Below, in pieces: positions 24,901 through 33,800 of a stretch of DNA of 39,519 bases (its first letter is position 1; each line of letters opens with the position of its first letter). The notes below the pieces were generated by a model that saw nothing but the letters and a program-made list of their open reading frames with translations, had not been told where the DNA came from and did no database searches. The DNA comes from a virus (taxonomy: Duplodnaviria > Caudoviricetes), in the IMG/VR virus record IMGVR_UViG_3300028588_000047, positions 1 to 39,519 of that record; one strand, written 5' to 3'. Both the position numbers and the translations under genes were made by a program.

Positions 24901-27900
24901 CCACAAACCACCTAAAAGACTTCCACCTGCAGCTCCCTTAACGCCAGGTGCCGCAGGACCTGCGCCAGGACGACCAGCTTCAGTGCGAGCTTTATCAGTG
25001 GCCTTCTGACGCATCTGGTCTTCGTAGCTGCCGTCACGAATACCGTCGTCGTTCTTGTCTTCCGCGGTATGTTTCTTGGGAGCGACCAAACGCGACTTCA
25101 GCAGGTCGCGGATCTCTTTCAAGTACCCGTTAGATTGGTTGGTAACGACCATCTGCATTTGCTCGCGGTCACCGTCACCCATCTGACGGAAAGGATTGCG
25201 ACCACGCGCTAAGTCAAATGCGCCACCGCCAACGGCACCCCCTGCCTTCAGAGCTGCGCCACCTAACATCGCACCGCCCGTGACCAGACCCCGTACAGCT
25301 TTGTTAGCGAGGCGACCAGCTTTGACACCTAAGCGCGCAGCCACACCGACACCACCAAACGTAAGGCGTAACATTTTAGACAGACCAGAACGGATTGGTT
25401 TATTGTTCTTGTCCACCAACCCTTTACGGATGTCGTCGTGGGTCAACACAACTTCATCACCAGACATCACAGGGCCGTCAACCTGGGAAGGTTTGGAGAT
25501 GATCTTCCCTGATACAGCTGACATGTAACCACCCGCACGCATGATGCGCGCTGTCAAGGCAGGGTCATCGAGTTTGTCTTTAACGTAAATGTCTTGGGCC
25601 ATGTCCGTCAGACCCCAGACTTTCTTGACACCCCACCAAGCTGCTTTAAGAATCGGTGGGATTGCGCTCGTCACCATCCCAAGCGCACCCTTCGTCAGAT
25701 CAAAGCCACCTTTAACAACCACACCCAACGCCTTTAACGTTTTCTTGACGGGTCCAACACGTTGCCAAGCAGCAGCGATTTCTTCAGCTTCCAGAACAAC
25801 TTCATCCCCAGCAGCCGTACGGCGGATCACCGTACCTGTGATGTCTTTCAAACGGCGAATCGGTTTGTTGGTGGCTTGGTCGAAGTAGACATTCCCTTCT
25901 TGCAGAATTCGACCATACAGACGTGGCCGACGTTCAGCCCCAACGTAGATGTCAATGAAGCCTCGGGTGCGGCGATACTGGGAACCCACAATACCTACCG
26001 TGGCGTCACCTGCAATACCAGCAACACCTTTACCCAATCCCCAAGCACCACGAATACCAGCCCCGACTGTGTTGTTGACCAGTTTACCACCCAGACCAGC
26101 CACACCGGCACCCAGCTTAAACAGACCACCGGCGACATCAGTCAAGCGCATGTTAAGCCGTGAAGCGCCGCGTTTGACCGCACCACCCATACCGCGAACG
26201 CCAGAGCGCAGACGTTGCAGGCGGGAAGGGTCTTCAGGCATCGCCATCGTAATGATGCCGTCATCCAGACGCGCTTGAATAGCTAACAGCACATCTTTGA
26301 TTTCCACCAGCGTCTTGTTCGCCGTTGGCTCCATTTGAGGTTGACGGTTAAACAATCCCGACATGCCTTGCTTCATGCGGTTACCAAAGCCTTGGGCACC
26401 AGCTTGGGCGTTTTGAGCTTGTTGACCTGCGAAATTACTAGCTTGCTGCAAACGCTCATTTAAGCGATCTCGCAATTCTTCCAGGCTAGGTCGATCATTC
26501 CACATGTCGTTTAACCGACCACCGATCTCATCAACCGAACCCTGGTGTTGCTGGCGCAGTCGACCTGCTTTCACTTGCGCCATGCGCTTGATGCGGGTCG
26601 CTTGTTGGTTGCCACTTTGTAACAGCTCTTGCGCCCGTTGTTGCAGTGTGTCGATCGAGCCTTGATGTTGCTGACGCAAACGCCCTGCGGTAACTTGCGC
26701 TAAGCGCTTAGCCCGACGCGCAGTTGTCATCCCAGCCTGCCCTGCGCGGTTTGCCATGTCCATGGTGCGATCCATGAAACCTGGGCCCGAAGGTTCCGCA
26801 TCCGCCTGACGATGTTGTTGCATCTCCAGTAAAATGTCTTTGATGTCTGAAATCAAAGGGCGCGTGTTTTGCTGCTCAATCAGTTCGAGCAAACGCGACA
26901 GGTCCGTTGAACCGACTTGCGGTGGTGATGGCTGCCGCTGTGGTTCTGAACCCAGAGTGCGTCGTTGACGCAAACGGTTTTGGGGTGGAGCGCCAGCAGG
27001 GCTTGGCAGAGCCCGCACGCCACCACCAGCCATTGCTGCCTGAGCGCTATACGTCTCGCCGCTGAAATAACGCTGCAACTGCTGCATGTCAATTTCATCG
27101 GTGCCAGGCTTGAGAATGCGCAAGTCTTCCAACATCTCCCGTGGATAGACTTCCAGCAGCTGCTGAATGTCTGCCCGACGCTCAGATACGGAACGACCTA
27201 AAGAGCTGAAGCGTTCAGCAAATTCGTTTGCCGTCACGCCTTGGCTAGCTTGGTTCTTAGCGTGAAGATCTTTGAACAAACCAGCGTATTTCTCGCTATG
27301 TTTGCTGCCAGCGAAGCTACTCGAATGTGTGTAGTTAGAAATCTTCCCTGTCTCGTAACCGGCCCGACCTCGCAGGTTGTCGCTCATCAAGAGCTTCGAG
27401 AGTTCTTTACGTTGTTTGGCATTCAGTTGACCGCGCGGATCGATCATTTCCAGCATGCGTTTTTGTTCGTTCTGAACGCCATCCATGCCTTGCTTGTCAA
27501 CCAGTTTGCTAAAGACCGCTTTGCGCACGTCTTTCGTTTTGGAGAACTTACCCTTGGCGTAGTCATACTGGGGCAGGTCGATCGAGGTATCACCCGTCCG
27601 AGCAATGCGCGCTTCTTGCAAGATGCGTGCCAGGTAACCTGGGATCACTTCCACTAACGAGCGATGCGCTTGGTTAGAGAACGCAGCCGGATGATGCATC
27701 TCATTGATGCCGTTTGTTTTGATCCGGTTATCCGTTGTATTGGCTTGCCGAACCGTGCCGCGCAAAACGTCGATGATTGGATTGAGAATCGCTCCGCCAA
27801 CACCACCGATATTACGTTTGGCGTTGTCAGAGAGTTTATTACCGAGCCTACCGGAGAGCATCCGTTCAACGTAGGTCTCGCCGTCAACGGAACTGTTAGA

Positions 27901-29109
27901 CCAGTCCGAGGCTAATTGCGAAGCATTTGCTGCAACGAACTGCGCTTTGTTACCGATCTTGCGCACGCCGTTGGCTACTCGGTTATCAGTACCGAGGAAT
28001 TTCTTACCGTATTTTGATGCGGCAGCTTTCGCTCCCCAACCGGCAACCTGACCACCAACCAAACTACCAGCCATGCGCGTACGGTCCATGCCCATGTCGT
28101 TCATGGTGTCAGCAGTGTCACTGACCGTCTCCAAACCTTGCACGCCATCAGACAGACCGCTAGCAAAGCCACGGACATGCCCTAACGCTTGATCGCGGAA
28201 AGCTTTGCCAATGTTCTGCATGAAGTTATTGCGCTGACCGAAGATACCGTCTGACAGACTGCCCATCATTTTGGTGCGCATCATGTCTTTGAAACGCTCG
28301 CTCGTTTTCATCTTGACCAGGTCAGGCAATGCGGTGTTATGCAAAATGCCGTTTAAGAATTCCTGGGAGCGTACGTTGTGACGTTTCGTTTCGTTGAGCA
28401 AATCTACTGAGACGAAATACTGACGGGCTTGCAGTTCAAGCGATTTCTTCTGGTAGTTAAACTCGATGCGCTTTTGGTAAGCTGCCATCGACACCACAGA
28501 GCGCCGGATACCATCTAACTGACCGACACTATCAGCGTGGCGCGTTTTCGCCAGCGTCTCTTGCATGCCGTCTTTTACGTCAGCCTTCGCTTCACGGCGC
28601 GCATCTTCTTTAGCGCCATACGCAAAGGTGTCTTGCATCATCGCCGCAACAGCCATTTCGTTAGCTGTCTGCGCCCCGACGCCGATTTGCGTCGAACCCT
28701 TATTAGCCTCGATGAATTTCTTCACCAGCGCCTGGGCTGACTTAGGTACATATTTCGAATCGGTCGGCATCAATTTTTCAGTGACGCGCGCAACTTCCTT
28801 CAGCGCAGGCTTGAGTTCCTTTGCGCCTTCATTGTATAGCCCACGGAGGGTCGAGGCTGATTGATCGGCAAGATCGAGCATATCGCCGTAGCCACGCGGT
28901 AAGGCTTTCTTGATCAATTCACGGAAAAACGACGGGCTTTTGAATGTGTCAACTGCGCCTTCTAAAGCACCGCCACCCAAACGCTCAATGGCGTCACGGG
29001 CGTTCTTGATCGGTTTAGGCTCCATGCTGAATTCATCGAAATCGAATTCGCTACCGAAGTCGTAATCGTCAAGTGACATTTTTTCGCTGGATGCTGATTT
29101 CTTGGCCAT
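21970..29109 (-). CDS. Tail tape-measure-like protein with a C-terminal lytic transglycosylase (SLT) domain (phiKZ gp181-like virion peptidoglycan hydrolase)
   Basis: About 2379 aa, start ATG 29109 after AGGAG. Gly/Ala-rich helical repeats and a hydrophobic segment. SLT motifs AAMAKIESGFNP (catalytic E), SATGLFQFIRSTW, DARANALMGAEY and YMSHFLGPGGA. Confidence 0.9.
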   Translation of the reverse strand: MAKKSASSEKMSLDDYDFGSEFDFDEFSMEPKPIKNARDAIERLGGGALEGAVDTFKSPSFFRELIKKALPRGYGDMLDLADQSASTLRGLYNEGAKELKPALKEVARVTEKLMPTDSKYVPKSAQALVKKFIEANKGSTQIGVGAQTANEMAVAAMMQDTFAYGAKEDARREAKADVKDGMQETLAKTRHADSVGQLDGIRRSVVSMAAYQKRIEFNYQKKSLELQARQYFVSVDLLNETKRHNVRSQEFLNGILHNTALPDLVKMKTSERFKDMMRTKMMGSLSDGIFGQRNNFMQNIGKAFRDQALGHVRGFASGLSDGVQGLETVSDTADTMNDMGMDRTRMAGSLVGGQVAGWGAKAAASKYGKKFLGTDNRVANGVRKIGNKAQFVAANASQLASDWSNSSVDGETYVERMLSGRLGNKLSDNAKRNIGGVGGAILNPIIDVLRGTVRQANTTDNRIKTNGINEMHHPAAFSNQAHRSLVEVIPGYLARILQEARIARTGDTSIDLPQYDYAKGKFSKTKDVRKAVFSKLVDKQGMDGVQNEQKRMLEMIDPRGQLNAKQRKELSKLLMSDNLRGRAGYETGKISNYTHSSSFAGSKHSEKYAGLFKDLHAKNQASQGVTANEFAERFSSLGRSVSERRADIQQLLEVYPREMLEDLRILKPGTDEIDMQQLQRYFSGETYSAQAAMAGGGVRALPSPAGAPPQNRLRQRRTLGSEPQRQPSPPQVGSTDLSRLLELIEQQNTRPLISDIKDILLEMQQHRQADAEPSGPGFMDRTMDMANRAGQAGMTTARRAKRLAQVTAGRLRQQHQGSIDTLQQRAQELLQSGNQQATRIKRMAQVKAGRLRQQHQGSVDEIGGRLNDMWNDRPSLEELRDRLNERLQQASNFAGQQAQNAQAGAQGFGNRMKQGMSGLFNRQPQMEPTANKTLVEIKDVLLAIQARLDDGIITMAMPEDPSRLQRLRSGVRGMGGAVKRGASRLNMRLTDVAGGLFKLGAGVAGLGGKLVNNTVGAGIRGAWGLGKGVAGIAGDATVGIVGSQYRRTRGFIDIYVGAERRPRLYGRILQEGNVYFDQATNKPIRRLKDITGTVIRRTAAGDEVVLEAEEIAAAWQRVGPVKKTLKALGVVVKGGFDLTKGALGMVTSAIPPILKAAWWGVKKVWGLTDMAQDIYVKDKLDDPALTARIMRAGGYMSAVSGKIISKPSQVDGPVMSGDEVVLTHDDIRKGLVDKNNKPIRSGLSKMLRLTFGGVGVAARLGVKAGRLANKAVRGLVTGGAMLGGAALKAGGAVGGGAFDLARGRNPFRQMGDGDREQMQMVVTNQSNGYLKEIRDLLKSRLVAPKKHTAEDKNDDGIRDGSYEDQMRQKATDKARTEAGRPGAGPAAPGVKGAAGGSLLGGLWNKLRGKKNADGDDDGSGDTTILGGIGGSANRGPRPPGAKWGDAQGFKGKAKFLGGKAWGLTKGIGKVGAGLLGLEGLGIGGALLGAGSAVASGVAAAAGAIGAGLGAAAGAVGAVLSAPVLLGAAAVAGLAVGGYMAYKYLSKKKLGLLSRIRYAQYGFYPTDNDHVNAVFGLEDKLRPAVVFGKEGPKLDSKNVKAEDLASDFDVDMKNERELNNFLQWFGNRFKPVFLTHVAALKANAPDKWLSDVDGLEPAVALKYMNASRFPEGPYGESTSPFKDIKSLKAGKGDVNMLISLAETELTKKAKDKPASGIAGVAAVGAAVAVKAATVPATPGSGVSQKVLAAAAAGGSVAALKGGQVAVGANVVLTGLGSNSVDGLDVVRMKTYGLVKMESDKVKALMALEREVGKDVTFDKNTAKWNGSLEKILANQGAAFGVDITNTDLAANWLNWFNQRFLPAYLNYISVVKVFTGKDNTEEGKGLLKASQAVEVATSVFTSNGKSGSVWNVSVSPWLDYKLNADVRSTDGNIQAMKDLVKASVLAEPGGKAGNQPTANKSAANTSTVPKSGGIVGGVMAAASSAWGGIKSLFTGPSPTPTSPSGSTAMGGGRDIEQPGKGTAGDINNIPQAKGKGWANVKDTIMAAAKMVGVDAKLLAAMAKIESGFNPDIKAPGPNASATGLFQFIRSTWDWMLGKFGKKYGIAPGTPPTDARANALMGAEYMKMSIAGLDGKIGRSVTDTDVYMSHFLGPGGARKFLNLDPSAIAATVMPKEAAANRGVFYDRQSNPLTVAQIYQNMGQKVKNGTNGLSFDGGEALVDSPKTAPPPATAPSVPAATPPTKSAFAVGTDTSGKAPPAPVAATPSAPPVAPTATPLPSSSMGALAGGFMPPRSAQDQMAATRQQNDTRTLNMTDTNKILSDTLQVQRDSLDVLKDIAKRIQPAASAPVAPASQDARYTPRKPTDMPKPPISVARPPAPV

Positions 29110-29180
29110 GCGTATCACTCCTAATTAGTATATCACCTCTTTCCTGAGGTATTCATAGTTTTAGTTCATAGAGGCAATTC

Positions 29181-30800
29181 ATGCAACGATCTATCGTGCC
29201 TTTCAACGTCCAATTGCTTCACCTCACTGATGGTAAGCTGGGCGGTTTGATGCCCATTACGTCCCTGTCGATGTTCGAAGGCATCACCCACAAATACCAT
29301 CCAGAAGGTCTATTCTCCACGGTCATCTTCGGTCGACAGGGCGACGACGTCCGGATGCGCCGCTTCGCTTATATCGACATCAAAGCTGAAGTATTCCACC
29401 CGATCGTTTACGGTTTGCTCATTCAATTGAAGCGCCTGTATGGCGGCATTATGGCGGGTAACGATTACGCCATCTGGAACAAAGAAAAGAAAGACTTCGA
29501 GCGCTCTGACCCGGTTGACGGGGAGACTGGCTTTCACTTCTTTATGCAGCACTGGAAACAAATCGAGTTTCCTCGCACTGGCAGCGACAAACGCGACATC
29601 GCGATCAAGCTCATCGAGAAATACAAAGTCGAAGCGACGACATCTAAAGTGTTGGTCATGCCTGCTGGTTTGCGGGATGCTGAGATTGGCGCTGATGGCC
29701 GGCCACGTGAAGATGAAGTCAATCCGCTTTATCGTCAGCTGCTTTCAGTAGCGAACACGCTCTCACCGATTGCGATCCGCTCGAACCCTGAACTCATTGA
29801 CCGGGCACGTTTTAAACTGCAGACAACGTTCAATCAGATCTATGAACTTTTCGAGCGTTTGATCTACGGCAAGAACAAACTGATCCAAGGTAAGTGGGCA
29901 GGGCGTCGCGTGATGAACGGCACGGGTAACGTCATTACCGCCATGCCGCCAGATACGGACTATCTCGGCGAGACTGGCGCGATCTCGTTTAACGACACCG
30001 CTGTGGGTTTGTTCCAAGTCATCAAGGGCTTGCTACCGATTTCGCTGTACTACCTCAAACGTGGTTGGCTGCGGGAAGTGTTCCCTGATTACAACCAGCC
30101 AGCGCAGCTGGTGAACAAAACGACTTTGAAACGTGAGTCGGTGGTGTTGAAGACGGTGTACTACGATCGCTACCAAACCAACGAAGGTTTGGAGAAAGTC
30201 ATCAACTCGTTCCGGGAAGAGTCCTTACGGGACAAACCTCTGGAGATCGAGGGTTACTACGTCGGCCTGATCTACAAAGGCCCTGACGGTTCGTTTAAGA
30301 TCTTCAATGATATCGACGAACTCCCCGCTTCTCGCAATCGCGCAGACGTCTATCCCTTGACGTTCTGCGAACTGGTTTATCTGTCCGGTTATCGGATCTG
30401 GAATAATTATCCAGCCACCGTCACCCGCTACCCCGTAACTGGCGTCGGTTCGATTTATCCGACCATGCTTTATACCCGCACCACCAACGTCTCAGAGCGC
30501 CGCCGCGAACTTGGTCAGAACTGGGAACCAAAGAGTGAGGAATACGTGGCCTTGGAGTTCCCGATTGCGGGACCTTACATGAAGTCCATGTCCCCTCACC
30601 CAACCCGTCTGGCGCGTTTGGGTGCTGACTACGATGGCGACATGATGAACTGCAACATCAGCTACTCCGATGAATCCATGGCGGAGGTGCGACAATATTT
30701 CAAGATGCGCCGCGCCTACATCGGTACTGATGGGCGTTTTACGTCCAGCACCAATGTGTCCACTACGGCCCTTGTGCTTTACAATTTGACTGGGGATTAA
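29181..30800 (+). CDS. rpoC: Virion RNA polymerase beta' subunit fragment with the catalytic centre (phiKZ gp180-like)
   Basis: EGLFSTVIFG, VLVMPAGLRD, LIQGKWAGRRV, TRYP and the catalytic LGADYDGD (cf. NADFDGD). Confidence 0.93.
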   Translation: MQRSIVPFNVQLLHLTDGKLGGLMPITSLSMFEGITHKYHPEGLFSTVIFGRQGDDVRMRRFAYIDIKAEVFHPIVYGLLIQLKRLYGGIMAGNDYAIWNKEKKDFERSDPVDGETGFHFFMQHWKQIEFPRTGSDKRDIAIKLIEKYKVEATTSKVLVMPAGLRDAEIGADGRPREDEVNPLYRQLLSVANTLSPIAIRSNPELIDRARFKLQTTFNQIYELFERLIYGKNKLIQGKWAGRRVMNGTGNVITAMPPDTDYLGETGAISFNDTAVGLFQVIKGLLPISLYYLKRGWLREVFPDYNQPAQLVNKTTLKRESVVLKTVYYDRYQTNEGLEKVINSFREESLRDKPLEIEGYYVGLIYKGPDGSFKIFNDIDELPASRNRADVYPLTFCELVYLSGYRIWNNYPATVTRYPVTGVGSIYPTMLYTRTTNVSERRRELGQNWEPKSEEYVALEFPIAGPYMKSMSPHPTRLARLGADYDGDMMNCNISYSDESMAEVRQYFKMRRAYIGTDGRFTSSTNVSTTALVLYNLTGD

Positions 30801-30803
30801 CGC

Positions 30804-33800
30804 ATGCTTTTAGAATACAAACCGTTTTATCAAGCCTACGGCGTACGGCGCGTTGAGCAATTGACAAAACCGCGCTTTGGTTTGATGAATCACTTCCAGT
30901 TGCCGCGTCGTTCGGTGGTCCATCTGGCCCACGGCAACCCAACGAACTACGGACCTTCCGAACAAGAAGTTGCCCTGCAAGGTTTCTCCGCTGCGATCAT
31001 GCAAGAGAACAAGGTCGTCCAGAAAGCCCAAAGCCGGATCGTGTTGATGCACCACATCACCCAACTAGCACCGGGCTGCTACGGCGCACCGATTAAACAA
31101 ACTGTGCAGGTTGCGAACTTGCTCAAGCAATACCACCGCTCGCATCGTCGGTTTCAGTTAGCACCGACACTTGACAGCGCTCTGAAGAACACCGAGAGTT
31201 TGTTGGTCTACAACTACGACATGATTCAGCACACGATCCGCTATCCGCGTTCGGCGATGAATCACTTCTTTGAATGGTACAACATCGAAAAGACGCTCTG
31301 GACGGAAGTGGCGAAGTTAGCTGCTATCTCAGAGCGGCCGCAGTTCATCGTGCGTCACATGCCCCAGGTCTTGCCACCGCGTTCGTCATTGCAGTTGATG
31401 GAACAAATGAAGCCATCGGCACCGAACAACAAAGTGTTGGCGGTCTTCAATTCCACCGAGCGGCTGTTCCTAGCTGACATCTGGAAATGGTTGGGGGAAA
31501 GCCGAGCCGGTTCGTTGATGGGTCTGGTGCCACGGCATCTGCTATCTCGGGTCAATCTGGTGTTTATCGAGAGTGGGCGCTGGACCACCGTGAATCTCGG
31601 AATGCTGGACTCATGGCGTGCTCCTCTGGAAAACGAACTGCAACCGAACGAAGAGGTCCTCACTAACCTGATCGCACCGAAACGTTACCAAGCCCAGATG
31701 CTGCGTTTCTTTATGTCGGTCACGCAGTTGCGGACAGTCGCCGCACCTGAAATCACCGACGTCGCTAACGGGCAAGTGTTAGATCACGACGACGCTCAAG
31801 AGCTCAAGAAAGAGTTAGCTGTCACAGCTTCTACTTCCGTGACCCGTGTTGACACTGGTCCTGTGAAAGTGGACCCACGTACCGGAGCTGCTCACACCAA
31901 AACGGAAATCACCAAAACACAGATCGCGGAGATTGTTGATGACCAACCTGACGACACCGCAGCCACAGTCAAAGTCGATGAGAAGCAAGCTGCGCAGATT
32001 GAAGCTGATATTGCGGAGATGGAAAAGATCCGTGCACCAGAAGAGATCGGCACTGACGCTGCGCCAGTAGCCGGTGAACTGGAAGAGCGCGCTAAGTGGG
32101 TCACCACCCCGCGGGCTGTGGTAGCACTCGTGCCAGAACTGAAACGCTTGCCGCATAACGAAGCGTTGATGCAAATTGCGAACGGTCACCTGAACTCCGG
32201 TTCCTTGTCTGCCGCCCAATACCGCCATTACGAGAAGCTCGCTGTGGCGTATGAAAACATGCCGTCACCTAACCCCAGTCTGCGCCTGGGTGAATTCGCA
32301 ACGATCCCGCCTGAAGTGCTGAAGGTGACGGAGTCGGTCAAGATGGTCGATATCGCTAGCGTGCCAGACAAGACGATGCTGCAAAGCTCGTTGATGGACT
32401 TCGACAAGCGCTATGTAAAAGACGTCATGCAACGTGACATCGCGTCCATGGTGCTCTGCTTGAGTCAGGCAGGTTACGCTGTGAGTGGTTATGAAGTCGA
32501 GCCTGTGGAGTCTCTCATGGGTTCGTACAACATGTACACGGTGCGGGTAATGCCCATTGACGGCACCGCTTCAACGATCCGGTTTAAGTTGCCACAGATC
32601 GAAGAAGACGGCAGTTACATGTCCAACGGTGTGAAGTACAGCTTGCGTAAACAGCGTACCGAACTGCCAATCGTCAAGACGGCTCCTGACACGGTGACGC
32701 TCACGAGTTACTACGGTAAAGCATTCATCCGGCGTAGCGAAAAGAAAGTGAACAACTACGGCGGTTGGCTAACCAACGGCGTGATGGCGAAGTGGTTGGA
32801 TGAAGGTGATGAAGCTGTCTTTGATGCTCACCCTGGTGACATGTCGGATAACCAGTTCAAATGCCCACGGGTGTATTCCATCTTGGCTTCTGCGTTTTCG
32901 TCCTTCAAGGTACGTTTGCAGAACTTCCCTGCTGAAGTTGGCCAGATCACTTTCGAGCTGTCGTTTGATCACACCAAACGCGAAGCTCTTTACGGTAAGC
33001 CAGCGATGGCGCGTTTCGAAAAGAATGGCGCGTTGATTATCGGGAAGTCCTTGAACGGCACGCACTACATGCTGATGGGAAAATCGTCCGCGATCGCTAT
33101 CGTTGGGCCTACACTGGCAGGGCCTGAACAGGTCTTCCAGCTGGGAACGTTCGAAGGCGTCATCAACATGAACCAAATGAAAGCGCCGGTTGATATCGCC
33201 GTCATGAAAGTTCAAGGTTCGACGATTCCTGTTGGGGTGGTGTTGGCGTACGAGATGGGCCTGGAGCCGATGTTGGCACTGATGAAATCGCAGATCCGTC
33301 GGGTGCCTGCTGGGACACGTTTGAATCTTGGTATGAACGAAGAAGCAGTGATCTTTAACGATGAAACGATCGTGTTCGATAAGAACGATCACTTGACCGG
33401 AATGTTTCTCGGCGGCTTTAACGAATACCACCGCGCTATCCGTCGCTACAACGTCCACCTCTTTAACAGTAAAGAAGTCTACCTGAACATTCTGGAAGAC
33501 GCTGGGCTGGGTGTGCGTTACATCCGTGAGATGAATCTCTTTTACCAGATGTTCATTGACCCGATCACACACGACATTCTGGTGGAGATGAATGAACCCA
33601 CCGACATGCGGGCGCTGTTGATCCGGGCGGGCAGTATGCTCATCACCGACGAACACCCAGATGAACTGGACGGGGCGTACATGCGTCTCAGGGGTTACGA
33701 GCGGATGGCAGGCGCGGTCTATTCAGAGATCGTGCGTTCGATCCGTCAGCACAATGGCTCGGCAGGTAAATCGCGTTCACCATTGAACATGGACCCGTTC

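Noticed and set aside
22179-28864. Many 60-190 aa ORFs inside the tape-measure gene
   Set aside because: They are Pro/Ala/Thr-rich mirrors of Gly/Ala codons on the coding strand, with no independent signals.
32769-33656. 295-aa - strand ORF
   Set aside because: It is antisense to the RNAP beta gene, and its His/Gln/Val-rich composition is typical of a codon-bias shadow.
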